Shown one piece after another: positions 1 through 9,007 of a stretch of DNA of 64,000 nt. Each line of letters opens with the position of its first letter. The first letter of the stretch is position 1. Position numbers and translations under genes: made by a program. Under the pieces are notes generated by a model, which saw nothing but the letters and a program-made list of their open reading frames with translations, ran no database searches and was not told the DNA's origin. The DNA is from an uncultured Myxococcales bacterium (GTDB lineage: Bacteria; Myxococcota_A; UBA9042), in the NCBI GenBank assembly GCA_903850505.1, contig CAINLT010000173.1, forward strand, positions 7,120 through 71,119. The letters are read 5' to 3'.

Positions 1-1
1 C

Positions 2-1234
2 GGCGAGGCGGAGATCGACCTGCAGCTGCCGGGCCTGAGCGAGCGCCAGATGCGCATGGTGCGTGAGCGCATCGGCCAGGCTGCGCAGTTGACGTTCCGC
101 ATGGAAGTCGTCAGCGCCAAGGTGTTTGACGACAAGGCCGCTGCGGTCGAAGCGTTCAAGAAGGACAACGCGGACATCTCCAAGGCGATGACCATCGTTC
201 CGGACAGCCGCGGTTCGTACCTGAAGGCGGACAAGAAGTCGGAGCTCATCCGCTTTGTGCGCACGGTCACGGTCCCGGACGAGATCCTCATCGGCTACGA
301 GCTCGTCGAAGACCGCGGTCCGAGCGGCGCGGTGAAGTCGAGCTACTGGCGCACGCACAACCTCACGGCTAAGGCGCCGCTCTCGGGCGACAACCTGACG
401 CGCGCGGCGGCGAGCTACGATTCGCAGCATGGCAATCAGCCGGTTGTGAACCTGGAATTTGACGCCCGCGGCGCGCGCATCTTTGGCGACCTCACCGAGA
501 AGAACGTCGGCAACCGCATGGCCATCATGCTGGATGACGACATCAACTCCGCGCCGAACATCAACGAGCCGATTCACGGCGGTCGCGCGCAGATCACCTT
601 GGGTCGCGGCAACTCGCATCAGGCGATGTTGGAAGAAGCCAAGTCGCTCGTGACCGTGCTCAACAACGGCGCGTACAAAGCTCCGGTCATCAAGGTCCAC
701 GACATTGAAGTCGGTCCGTCGCTCGGTCAGGACGCGGTCCGCTCGGGCCTCATCTCGATGTTGGTCGGCGTGCTCCTCGTCGTCGTCTTCATGGTGTTCT
801 ACTACCGTCAGGGCGGCGTCATCGCGGACATCGCGCTGCTGTTCAACCTGCTGTTGCAGCTCGCGTGCCTCGTGTCGTTCAACGCCGCGCTCACGTTGCC
901 CGGCATGGCCGGTCTGACGCTGACGACGGCGATGGCGGTCGATGCGAACATCCTGATCTTCGAGCGCGTTCGTGAAGAACTCCGCTCGGGCAAGACCACG
1001 CGCAACGCGCTGGACTTGGGCTATGGTCGCGCCTTCTGGACGATCTTTGACTCGCACATTACCGCGGGCATGGCCGGCGCGGTGCTGATGATGTACTCGT
1101 CAGGCCCCATCTACGGCTTTGCGGTCACGCTGCTCATCGGCATCGGCACTTCGATGTTCACCTCGATCGTGGCCACGCGCCTCATGTACGACTACCTGAT
1201 TTCCAAGGGTAAATTGCAGCATCTCTCGGTCTAA
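2..1234 (+). CDS. secD: Protein translocase subunit SecD (5'-truncated by window edge)
   Basis: The frame is open from nt 2 to the stop at 1234. The C-terminal SecD/SecF-type TM bundle is present (GPSLGQDAVRSG, TLPGMAGLTLTTAMAVDANILIFERVREE). secF follows directly. Confidence 0.9.
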   Translation, partial: GEAEIDLQLPGLSERQMRMVRERIGQAAQLTFRMEVVSAKVFDDKAAAVEAFKKDNADISKAMTIVPDSRGSYLKADKKSELIRFVRTVTVPDEILIGYELVEDRGPSGAVKSSYWRTHNLTAKAPLSGDNLTRAAASYDSQHGNQPVVNLEFDARGARIFGDLTEKNVGNRMAIMLDDDINSAPNINEPIHGGRAQITLGRGNSHQAMLEEAKSLVTVLNNGAYKAPVIKVHDIEVGPSLGQDAVRSGLISMLVGVLLVVVFMVFYYRQGGVIADIALLFNLLLQLACLVSFNAALTLPGMAGLTLTTAMAVDANILIFERVREELRSGKTTRNALDLGYGRAFWTIFDSHITAGMAGAVLMMYSSGPIYGFAVTLLIGIGTSMFTSIVATRLMYDYLISKGKLQHLSV

Positions 1235-1294
1235 CCACTGCGGCAGATGTGAGAACCCTCGAAACGGCGCTCTTTGCGAAAGGCACACAAGATC

Positions 1295-2689
1295 ATGTCC
1301 CACAAGCACTATTCGCTCTTCAATCCGGAATCCAACTACGACTTTGTCGGTCGCCGTCACGTGTACTACGCCTTGACCGGCGTCGGCATCCTGGCGTCGA
1401 TCATCGCGCTCAGCACGTTGGGCTTCAACAAGGGCATCGACTTCAAGGGCGGCACCAAGCAGATCGTCGCGTTTGATCCGGCCGCCAAGGTCGATCGCGT
1501 GGGCCTGCAGAACACCGTGGAAGGCATCCTGACGAGCGCGCTCGGCGCGTCCAAGGAACACATCGGCGACGTGGAAGTGCAGGAATTCGACACCGGCACC
1601 GGCGGCGGCGCGGGCAAGAAGCACTTCGCGGTCGTGACGGAACTGACGTCGCTCCTGAACAAGGCGAAGCGCGACGGCATCGAGAAGAACCTGAAGGCGC
1701 AGTTCGGCGACAAGATCGACGTTGAATGGGCGGCGGAAGGCGAAGATCGCGTGTTCGTGACGCTGACTGAGCCCAAGAAGATCACGGAGACCTACGCGTC
1801 GCTGAGCAAGATCTTCGCGGACGCCGGCTTTCCCAAGACCAAAGCGGGCAGCGATCTGGAAGTGCAGCTGGACGTGAACATGTTCCGCTCGCTGCAGATG
1901 CTGGAAGCGGAGTCGGGCAAGGGCGACGTCAAGCCGGATGTGGCCAAGGCTGCGCAGGGCAAGATCGCCGCGGAAGAAGCCAAGCTGCGCGCGCAGAAAG
2001 AGGCGGATCTGGCGGACAAGTCGGATTCGCGCTTCACGGTCGTCATCGAGGAATTCAAGGCCAAGCTGGAAGACGGGATCCGCGCCAAGTACGGCAAGGG
2101 CTTCATCCAGGTCGAATCGTCCACCGCGGTCTCGCCGTCGGTCGCCGGCGAAATGATGAGCCAGGGCCTCGTCGCGATTCTCTACGCCATTCTCGGCATC
2201 GTGCTCTACATCATCCTGCGCTTTGACGTGCGCTACGCTCCGGGCGCGCTCGTCGCGACGGTGCACGACGTGATCCTCGTCATCGGCGCGTTCTCGGTCG
2301 CGCAGGTCAAGTTCTCCATGCCGGTCATCGCCGCGGTGCTCACGGTCGCCGGTTACTCGGTGACGGACACCATCGTCGTCTTTGACCGAATCCGCGAGAT
2401 GCAGGAAAAGCATCCCGACGTGAAGGTCGAGACGCTCGTCAATTCCGCGATCAACCAGACGATGAGCCGCACCGTGCTGACGTCCTTGACCACGTTCCTG
2501 ACGTCGGCGTCCATCTTCCTCTTCGGCGGCGGCTTGATTCGCGACTTCGCGTTCGCGATGTGCATCGGCGTCATCGTCGGCACATTCTCGTCGATCTTCG
2601 TCGCGAGCCCGATCTTCTTGTGGCTGCACCATCGCTTTGAGGACCGCAAGGTTCGCCTGCCCGATCACGCGCCCTCGACCGCGGCGTAA
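1295..2689 (+). CDS. secF: Protein translocase subunit SecF (with enlarged periplasmic domain)
   Basis: The N-terminus is NYDFVGRRHVYYALTGV, followed by a GIDFKGGT motif. The C-terminal TM bundle contains VAGYSVTDTIVVFDRIRE. ATG 1295 (MSHKHY) is preferred over 1274. The start is uncertain by 7 codons. Confidence 0.9.
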   Translation: MSHKHYSLFNPESNYDFVGRRHVYYALTGVGILASIIALSTLGFNKGIDFKGGTKQIVAFDPAAKVDRVGLQNTVEGILTSALGASKEHIGDVEVQEFDTGTGGGAGKKHFAVVTELTSLLNKAKRDGIEKNLKAQFGDKIDVEWAAEGEDRVFVTLTEPKKITETYASLSKIFADAGFPKTKAGSDLEVQLDVNMFRSLQMLEAESGKGDVKPDVAKAAQGKIAAEEAKLRAQKEADLADKSDSRFTVVIEEFKAKLEDGIRAKYGKGFIQVESSTAVSPSVAGEMMSQGLVAILYAILGIVLYIILRFDVRYAPGALVATVHDVILVIGAFSVAQVKFSMPVIAAVLTVAGYSVTDTIVVFDRIREMQEKHPDVKVETLVNSAINQTMSRTVLTSLTTFLTSASIFLFGGGLIRDFAFAMCIGVIVGTFSSIFVASPIFLWLHHRFEDRKVRLPDHAPSTAA

Positions 2690-4429
2690 TTGCCCGTGCC
2701 TGCCCTGAAGGCGCACCTGGAAATCCGGGAGCCGGACGACGCCCAAGTCGCCGCGCTCATCGACTCCGGTGTGCCGCCCCTGCTCGCGCGCATCCTCGTG
2801 CTGCGCGGAGTCCAGACCCCTGAGCTCGCCAAAAAGTTCCTGCAGCCGCAGCTGGCGGATCTGCCCGATCCGACGCTGATGACCGGCGTGATGGCCGCAG
2901 CGCGCCTCGTGGCGGACGCTTTGCTGGCTGGCGACAAGATTTGCGTCTACGGCGACTACGACGTCGACGGCATCAGCGCGGCGGCGTTGCTGGACGACCT
3001 GTTCCGCCGCTTGGGTCACACGGTCCGCGTGTTCCTGCCCGATCGTTTCCGCGACGGCTATGGCCTGCACTACGACCGGCTGCAGGAGCTGTGCGATGAA
3101 GGCGTGGCGCTCTTCATCTCGGTTGACTGCGGCACGACGTCCGTGCGCGAGATCCAGGCCGTGCGCGATCGCGACCGCCACTTCATCATCTGTGACCACC
3201 ACGCGCTGGGTCCCGTGCGGCCCAACGCGTCGGTCCTGCTCAATCCGCAACAACCGGAGTGCACGTACCCGGACAAGTCGCTGTCGGCCGTGGGCGTGGC
3301 GATGGTGCTGGCGCAGGCGCTGCGGCGCGAATTGCACAGTCGCGGCATTGGCAAGCCGGTCGAGCTGAAGTCGCTGATCGAGCTGTCGGCGCTGGGCACG
3401 ATCGCGGACATGTCGCCCATGCACGGCGTCAACCGCATCTTGTGCTGGCATGGGTTGCGGCTGCTCGGCCAGTCGCAGCGGCCCGGCGTGCAGACGCTGG
3501 CCGCGCGCAATACCAAGATCGCGATGGTCAGCGCGGATCGCGTCGGCTTTCACCTCGCGCCGCCGATCAACGCGGCGGGGCGCATGGCTGATCCGCAGAC
3601 GGCTTTTGAGCTGCTGACCACGCAGAACCCGGCGCGCGCGTTGGAACTCGCCGAGCTGATCGATCTGGAGAACAACCGCCGCAAGGACGCGCAAGCGCTC
3701 GCGACCGTGGCGGCGCTGGCGCAGGCGCGCATCCAGGAAGGCAACACCCACGGCGTCGTCGTGGCGCACGCGGATTGGCACCAGGGCGTGGTCGGCATCG
3801 TCGCGAACAAGGTGAAGGACGAGCTGGCGGTGCCGACGTTCGTGCTGGCGATCTGCGCGGATGGCATGGCCCGCGGCTCCGGGCGGTCGATTTCCGGCTA
3901 CGACCTGGTCGATGGCCTGCGGGCGATTCACGCCGACGGGCTGTTTGAGCGCTTTGGCGGCCACGCAATGGCCGCGGGCGTAACGTTGGCGGCCGATCGC
4001 GTGGACACGTTCCGCACGCGGCTCCAGGCACACGTCGCGGAGACCCTGCCGCTGGCGCGGCGCGATCGGGCGATCCGCATCGACGCGACGCTGACAATCG
4101 CCGAACTGGAGCTGTCGATCGTCGACCTGCTCGATCAGCTGGAGCCGTGCGGGAAGGGCAATGAGCGGCCGCAGTTCCTTCTGCGCGGCGTGGAAGTGCA
4201 CCGGCCGAAGTTCGTGGGGAAGGATCAGGATTGGTGCAAAACGTCGCTTCTGGCGTCAGGCAACCAGCCGGCCTGGGCGCGGCAGGGCGTGGATGCGTTT
4301 TGCGCGCGGTCGGTGATGGAAGGCTTTGGCGATGGCGCGCGCGTCGATGCCGTCGTCCGCTTGGAACGCAATGCCTACAACGGCAAGGTTTCGCTGCAGG
4401 CGACGCTCATCGCGCTCCTGCCGGCCTGA
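2690..4429 (+). CDS. recJ: Single-stranded-DNA-specific exonuclease RecJ
   Basis: DHH-family motifs are present (VYGDYDVDGISAA, FISVDCG, ICDHH), plus a DHHA1-like GGHAMAAG and a C-terminal OB-like region. The start is TTG 2690 or GTG 2696, immediately after the secF stop. Confidence 0.9.
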   Translation: MPVPALKAHLEIREPDDAQVAALIDSGVPPLLARILVLRGVQTPELAKKFLQPQLADLPDPTLMTGVMAAARLVADALLAGDKICVYGDYDVDGISAAALLDDLFRRLGHTVRVFLPDRFRDGYGLHYDRLQELCDEGVALFISVDCGTTSVREIQAVRDRDRHFIICDHHALGPVRPNASVLLNPQQPECTYPDKSLSAVGVAMVLAQALRRELHSRGIGKPVELKSLIELSALGTIADMSPMHGVNRILCWHGLRLLGQSQRPGVQTLAARNTKIAMVSADRVGFHLAPPINAAGRMADPQTAFELLTTQNPARALELAELIDLENNRRKDAQALATVAALAQARIQEGNTHGVVVAHADWHQGVVGIVANKVKDELAVPTFVLAICADGMARGSGRSISGYDLVDGLRAIHADGLFERFGGHAMAAGVTLAADRVDTFRTRLQAHVAETLPLARRDRAIRIDATLTIAELELSIVDLLDQLEPCGKGNERPQFLLRGVEVHRPKFVGKDQDWCKTSLLASGNQPAWARQGVDAFCARSVMEGFGDGARVDAVVRLERNAYNGKVSLQATLIALLPA

Positions 4430-4432
4430 ACG

Positions 4433-5860
4433 CTACTGCTTGGCGACGCGCCCTGGATGCGCCGCCGCGACGTGCCGCACCGGCTTGTGCGACCCCTTGC
4501 TCGGATCCTCCACGATGACCCACACGGTCGCCATCTTGCCGCTGACCGGCAGGATGGAGTGCCAGCCGTCCGGCAGCTTGGGCGGCATCCACTGGAACAG
4601 CCAAGCGGCGTCCGCGGGCGACAGGTTCACGCAGCCGTGTGACTTCTGGACGCCGAACTGGTCATGCCAGTAGGCGCCATGCAGCGCGCGGCCGTCGTCG
4701 TAGTGCATCGTCCACGGCACTTCCTCGGCGTAGTAGTCATCCCACGGCTTGCCGCGCATCGAGGTATGCACCGACTTGGCGTAGAGCTTGAACGTGCCTT
4801 CGTGGGTCATGTGCGATTTCTTGTCGCTCTTGCCCGTGGAAACCAGAGTCGCCAGCTCGCGCTGGTCGCCCAGATACGCCGTCAGCACCTGTTCGTGCAG
4901 GTCCACGTGGATCCAGTGGTCGGTCGGCGCGACGCCCTTGGGCCTCGGCACCTGACGGACGATGCGCACCGCGCCCGCCGGCAGCGAACCGCCTGGCACC
5001 AACACGCGGCCATTTTTCTCGCCGAGCAGCGGCAAGTGGTCATAGCGGTTGACGGTGCGTGCCAGCAGTTGCTCCGGCGTCGGCTTGACCGCTTTGACCT
5101 TGGGATCCTGCGCCACCTTCAGCACCGCCTTGTGGCGCACGAACACGAACACGCCCTGACTCCCGTCGCGCACACCTTCAAACTTGGACGGCGTAAACAG
5201 CTTGATGTCCCGCGTGCGCATCCAGCCGCCGTCGGGCCGCTGCAGCCAACCGCGCTGGGCTTGCGCGGGATTGGGCACAAACGCCAACCGGAAGTCCGAT
5301 TTTTCCTTGCGCAGCACCTTGGATTTCGCGTTTGGCTCGGCAAAGACCTGCGGCGTGCCGCCCGCTGGCCGACCGTACTCGTACCGTGCGGCTGCGGACG
5401 TGCCATACGCTTCAGGTGGAACCGGCAGTGGCCGCAGCGCGCGCAACGGAACCGCGCCGTCCGTGCCGAGAATCGCCCACGCCTTGGGCGCCTTGCAGTC
5501 GGGCACGCAGGACGTCACGTTCACGGTGTCACCGCGCTGCAGCACGCCCGTCAGGCGCGAGGCCATCCGCGGTTCGCGGCGCACGTAGCCCGGCGCCATG
5601 GACCAAGCGGCAAAAGGCGGCGGCGGCGGACTGCCAGCCTGCCAGTCGCGCGGCGGCGGTCCGGAAAAATCGTCAGCGACAAAGGTCTTTTCACCGCCCT
5701 CCGGCATCAGGCCGACGTTCTGCAGCGCGCGGTCAGTCGGGACTTGCGCGTCGGCGGGCGTTGCGAGCGCGATCAGCGCCAGCAGCAGGAAGATCACCCC
5801 AAGCAGGGGAATGCGGGACGGACGATCGGGACGCACAGCAGGTTCTGGGTCTGATTCCAT
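4433..5860 (-). CDS. L,D-transpeptidase (YkuD domain) family protein, membrane-anchored/secreted
   Basis: The C-terminal YkuD catalytic signature reads HGAYWHDQFGVQKSHGCVNLSPADAAWLFQW. There is an N-terminal hydrophobic anchor, IPLLGVIFLLLALIALATPADA. Confidence 0.85.
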   Translation of the reverse strand: MESDPEPAVRPDRPSRIPLLGVIFLLLALIALATPADAQVPTDRALQNVGLMPEGGEKTFVADDFSGPPPRDWQAGSPPPPPFAAWSMAPGYVRREPRMASRLTGVLQRGDTVNVTSCVPDCKAPKAWAILGTDGAVPLRALRPLPVPPEAYGTSAAARYEYGRPAGGTPQVFAEPNAKSKVLRKEKSDFRLAFVPNPAQAQRGWLQRPDGGWMRTRDIKLFTPSKFEGVRDGSQGVFVFVRHKAVLKVAQDPKVKAVKPTPEQLLARTVNRYDHLPLLGEKNGRVLVPGGSLPAGAVRIVRQVPRPKGVAPTDHWIHVDLHEQVLTAYLGDQRELATLVSTGKSDKKSHMTHEGTFKLYAKSVHTSMRGKPWDDYYAEEVPWTMHYDDGRALHGAYWHDQFGVQKSHGCVNLSPADAAWLFQWMPPKLPDGWHSILPVSGKMATVWVIVEDPSKGSHKPVRHVAAAHPGRVAKQ

Positions 5861-6123
5861 GATGTGGGCCTCCCATGCCCTGATTACAGGCTAGGACGCA
5901 CGCTGCGCTTCTGCAAAAAACTCAACCATCCCGGCAATTTGGCGGTCCCGCGGATCCAGCCGCGCCGTGTGCAAGTGCTTGAGCCGATTCAGCAATCCGG
6001 ATTCGCGCGATTCGCTGCTAAGTGCGCAAAATCTTGCGGGGTTGCAAAATTGCCGGGCTTATCCTTTTGCCGCCGCCGTTTCCGCGCTACCTTTCGCCGG
6101 CGCGATCGCGCGGTTGGCAGGCG

Positions 6124-7572
6124 ATGTTGCAGCAAATTCCGGTCCATTCCCTTTCGAAACTCGCGCTGTTGTGTGCGCTTGGGCTGCCGGTGGCGGTGTC
6201 CGCGCAGCCGGTCGTGCCCACGCCTGCGAAGGCGCCCGCGGCGAGCGCGCTGGGCGAGGCGCTGCGCAGCATCCTGACCGGCGTTGGCGGCAAGGTCACG
6301 GCGGTGGCGACGATTGTCGATCTGGCGACCGGTGAAGTGGTCCTCGATCTGGACGGCAAGAAGCTTGTCCACCCGGCATCGGTTGCGAAGCTCTTCTCCA
6401 CTGCCGCGGTCATGAAGACGCTGCCCGCGGACAGGGCGTTCGTCACGGACGTGCGCGCGAGCGCCATCAAGAACGGAGAAGTGGCGACGCTTGCGCTGGT
6501 CGGCTCGGGCGATCCGACGATGTTCGCGACCGATTACGCCAAGCTCGCCGCGGAAGTGCAGAAGAAGGGCGTGACGAAGATTGCCAAACTGGTCATCGAC
6601 GCGACGGTGTTTGACGACAAGCTGCCCAAGGGCTTTGACGAGAAGCAGACCGACGCGGCCTTTCGCGCGCCGATCGGCGGGCTGCAGTGTGAAGCCGGCA
6701 CGGTGCACGCGGCGGTCAAGCCGGGTGCGGTCGGCGAAGCGCCGCTTGTCGAGGTGGGTCCGGCGGCAGGCGACGCGGTTGTGGTCGTGAACGAGGCCAA
6801 GACGGTCGCGGGCAAGAAGGACGCGCTGACGATTGTCACGCGGCCGAACGGGCGGGTGACTGAAGTCGTGGTGCAGGGGACGATCGCGGTCGCGCACAAG
6901 GCGATCGGCTCGGGGCGGCGGCGCGTGGCGGACGGCAGCTTCTACGCGGGCTGGGTCTTCCAACAGGCGCTGCTCAAGCACGGCATCGCGGTGCCGGCGC
7001 CCACGTTCGCCAAGGCGCCGGATCTGGCCGTGATCGCGTCCCGCAAGTCGCCGCCGCTGCAGGAAATCGTCAGCGTGACGAACAAGCACTCGCACAACGG
7101 GTATGCCGAGACGATGTTCCGCCAGACCGCCGCGGGCCAGGGGCAGATTCCCGTGACCAATGAGAAGGCGGAAGCGGCGGTGCGCAAGACCCTGGAGACG
7201 CTGCAGATCCGCTGGAATGGCAGCGTGCTGGGCAATGGCTCGGGACTCTATCACGCCGACAAAGTGACGACGCAGACCGTTGTCGACCTGCTGCGCGCGA
7301 TGCACAAGGATCCGGCGGGCGCCAATTGGCGCGCCACGCTGCCGATCGCCGGCGTGGACGGGACGCTTCGCGGGCGCATGCACGACCCGCAGACGCAGGG
7401 CAAGGTTCAGGCCAAGACCGGGACGCTGGACGACGTCGTCGGACTGGCGGGCTACGCGCAAGCGGGCGAAAAAACCTACGTGTTCGCGGTGTTTTACAAC
7501 GGCATCAAGGGCGGCCCTGGCGCCTATCGCGGCGCGGTCGATCGGATGTTGAAGCGGCTGCTCACGCCGTAA
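6124..7572 (+). CDS. dacB: D-alanyl-D-alanine carboxypeptidase/endopeptidase (PBP4, peptidase S13)
   Basis: Signal peptide LSKLALLCALGLPVAVSA. Active-site motifs SxxK (PASVAKL), SxN (SHNGYAE) and KTG (KTGTL) are present. ATG 6124 is preferred to the longer track ORF start at 6022. Confidence 0.85.
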   Translation: MLQQIPVHSLSKLALLCALGLPVAVSAQPVVPTPAKAPAASALGEALRSILTGVGGKVTAVATIVDLATGEVVLDLDGKKLVHPASVAKLFSTAAVMKTLPADRAFVTDVRASAIKNGEVATLALVGSGDPTMFATDYAKLAAEVQKKGVTKIAKLVIDATVFDDKLPKGFDEKQTDAAFRAPIGGLQCEAGTVHAAVKPGAVGEAPLVEVGPAAGDAVVVVNEAKTVAGKKDALTIVTRPNGRVTEVVVQGTIAVAHKAIGSGRRRVADGSFYAGWVFQQALLKHGIAVPAPTFAKAPDLAVIASRKSPPLQEIVSVTNKHSHNGYAETMFRQTAAGQGQIPVTNEKAEAAVRKTLETLQIRWNGSVLGNGSGLYHADKVTTQTVVDLLRAMHKDPAGANWRATLPIAGVDGTLRGRMHDPQTQGKVQAKTGTLDDVVGLAGYAQAGEKTYVFAVFYNGIKGGPGAYRGAVDRMLKRLLTP

Positions 7573-7585
7573 CGGGAGAATGTTC

Positions 7586-9004
7586 ATGGCTACGGAATCG
7601 ATTCGCACCTTTGACGCCATCGTCCTCGGCTCCGGCCCCGGCGGCTACGTCTGCGCCATTCGCCTCGCCCAATACGGCCTCAAGACCGCGTGCATCGACA
7701 AAGGCCCGCTCGGCGGCGTCTGCCTCAACGTCGGCTGCATTCCGTCCAAGGCGCTGATCCACGCGTCCAAGGTCTACAAGAAAGCCAAGGACGGCGCGGC
7801 GATGGGCGTCATCGCGGGCGATCTCCGGGTCGACATGGCGACGATGCAGACGTGGAAGACCGGCATCACGCAGAAGCTGTCGGGCGGCATCGGCGGCCTG
7901 TTCAAGGGCAACGGCGTGACGCACATCGTCGGGGTGGGCAAGCTCGCGGGCCCCGGTAAGATCGTCGTGACCGGCGCGGACGGCAAGGCGGAGACGGTTG
8001 GCTACGGCAAGCTCATCCTTGCGACTGGCTCCAGTCCGATCGAAATCCCCGGCTTCGCGTTTGACGGCAAGCAGATCATCGACTCGACCGGCGCGCTGGC
8101 CCTCAGCGAGCTGCCCAAGGCCATGGCGGTCATCGGCGGCGGCGTCATTGGCCTGGAGCTGACAGACGTGTACGCGCGGCTCGGCGTGCAGGTGACGGTG
8201 ATTGAGGCGGCCGAACGGATCCTGGCGATGTTCGACGCGGATGTGGCGCGGCCGGTGTACCAAAAGCAGATCAAGCTCGGCGTGAAGCACCTGCAGGGCG
8301 CCAAGGCCCTGGGCGCGACGAAGCTGCCCAACGGCCGCATGCGCGTGGACGTGGAAGTGGCAGGGAAGCCGGACGCCGTGGAAGTCGACGTGGTGCTGGT
8401 GGCCGTGGGCCGACGGCCGAATACCGCGAACCTCGGGCTGGAGACGGTCGGGCTGGTCGCGGACAAGCGCGGCGTGATCGCGGTGGACAACCAGTTGAAG
8501 ACGACGGCGGCGAACATCTGGGCGATTGGCGACATCACGCCGGGGCCGATGCTGGCGCACAAGGCGTCCAAGGATGGCGAAGTGGCGGCAGAGTCGGTGG
8601 CGGGCAAAAAGACCGCGCTGGACGTCGTGGCGATGCCGAACGTTGTCTACACGGACCCGGAGATCGCGACGGTTGGGCCGACGTTGGCGGAACTGCAGGC
8701 GACGGGCAGGAAGCTGAAGATCGGCAAGTTCGGTTTTGGCGCGCTGGGCCGGGCGATGACGGCGAACGCGACGGAAGGCTTTGTCCGCATCATCAGCGAC
8801 GAAAAGACGGATCTGGTGCTGGCGGTGCAGATCGTCGGTGCGGAGGCGTCCGAGCTGATCGCGTCCGCAGGCCTCGCGCTGGAGATGGGCGCCACGACGG
8901 AGGACATCGCGCTGACGGTGCATGCGCATCCGACGATGGCCGAGGCGATGATGGAAGCCGCGCATGGCGCGATGGGCCACCCGCTGCACGCGCTGAAGCC
9001 GTAG
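7586..9004 (+). CDS. lpdA: Dihydrolipoyl dehydrogenase
   Basis: FAD motif GSGPGGY, redox-active disulfide GGVCLNVGCIPSKAL, and C-terminal HAHPTMAE. GGGAGA lies 6 nt upstream of ATG 7586. ATG 7580 is also possible. Confidence 0.92.
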   Translation: MATESIRTFDAIVLGSGPGGYVCAIRLAQYGLKTACIDKGPLGGVCLNVGCIPSKALIHASKVYKKAKDGAAMGVIAGDLRVDMATMQTWKTGITQKLSGGIGGLFKGNGVTHIVGVGKLAGPGKIVVTGADGKAETVGYGKLILATGSSPIEIPGFAFDGKQIIDSTGALALSELPKAMAVIGGGVIGLELTDVYARLGVQVTVIEAAERILAMFDADVARPVYQKQIKLGVKHLQGAKALGATKLPNGRMRVDVEVAGKPDAVEVDVVLVAVGRRPNTANLGLETVGLVADKRGVIAVDNQLKTTAANIWAIGDITPGPMLAHKASKDGEVAAESVAGKKTALDVVAMPNVVYTDPEIATVGPTLAELQATGRKLKIGKFGFGALGRAMTANATEGFVRIISDEKTDLVLAVQIVGAEASELIASAGLALEMGATTEDIALTVHAHPTMAEAMMEAAHGAMGHPLHALKP

Positions 9005-9007
9005 CTG

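Noticed and set aside
1100-4201. 1033-aa minus-strand ORF across secD/secF/recJ. Similar long antisense ORFs occur at 5989-7620(-), 7562-8989(-), 9602-10840(+), 10597-11784(+), 12310-13746(-), 13865-15130(-), 15308-17542(-), 18474-19679(-), 22664-24793(-), 26348-27640(+), 36542-37894(-), 38676-39953(-), 55458-58736(+), 58646-60247(+) and 62937-63995(-).
   Set aside because: Each lies opposite a gene with clear family motifs. Their translations are Arg/Ala/His/Gln-rich and motif-free.
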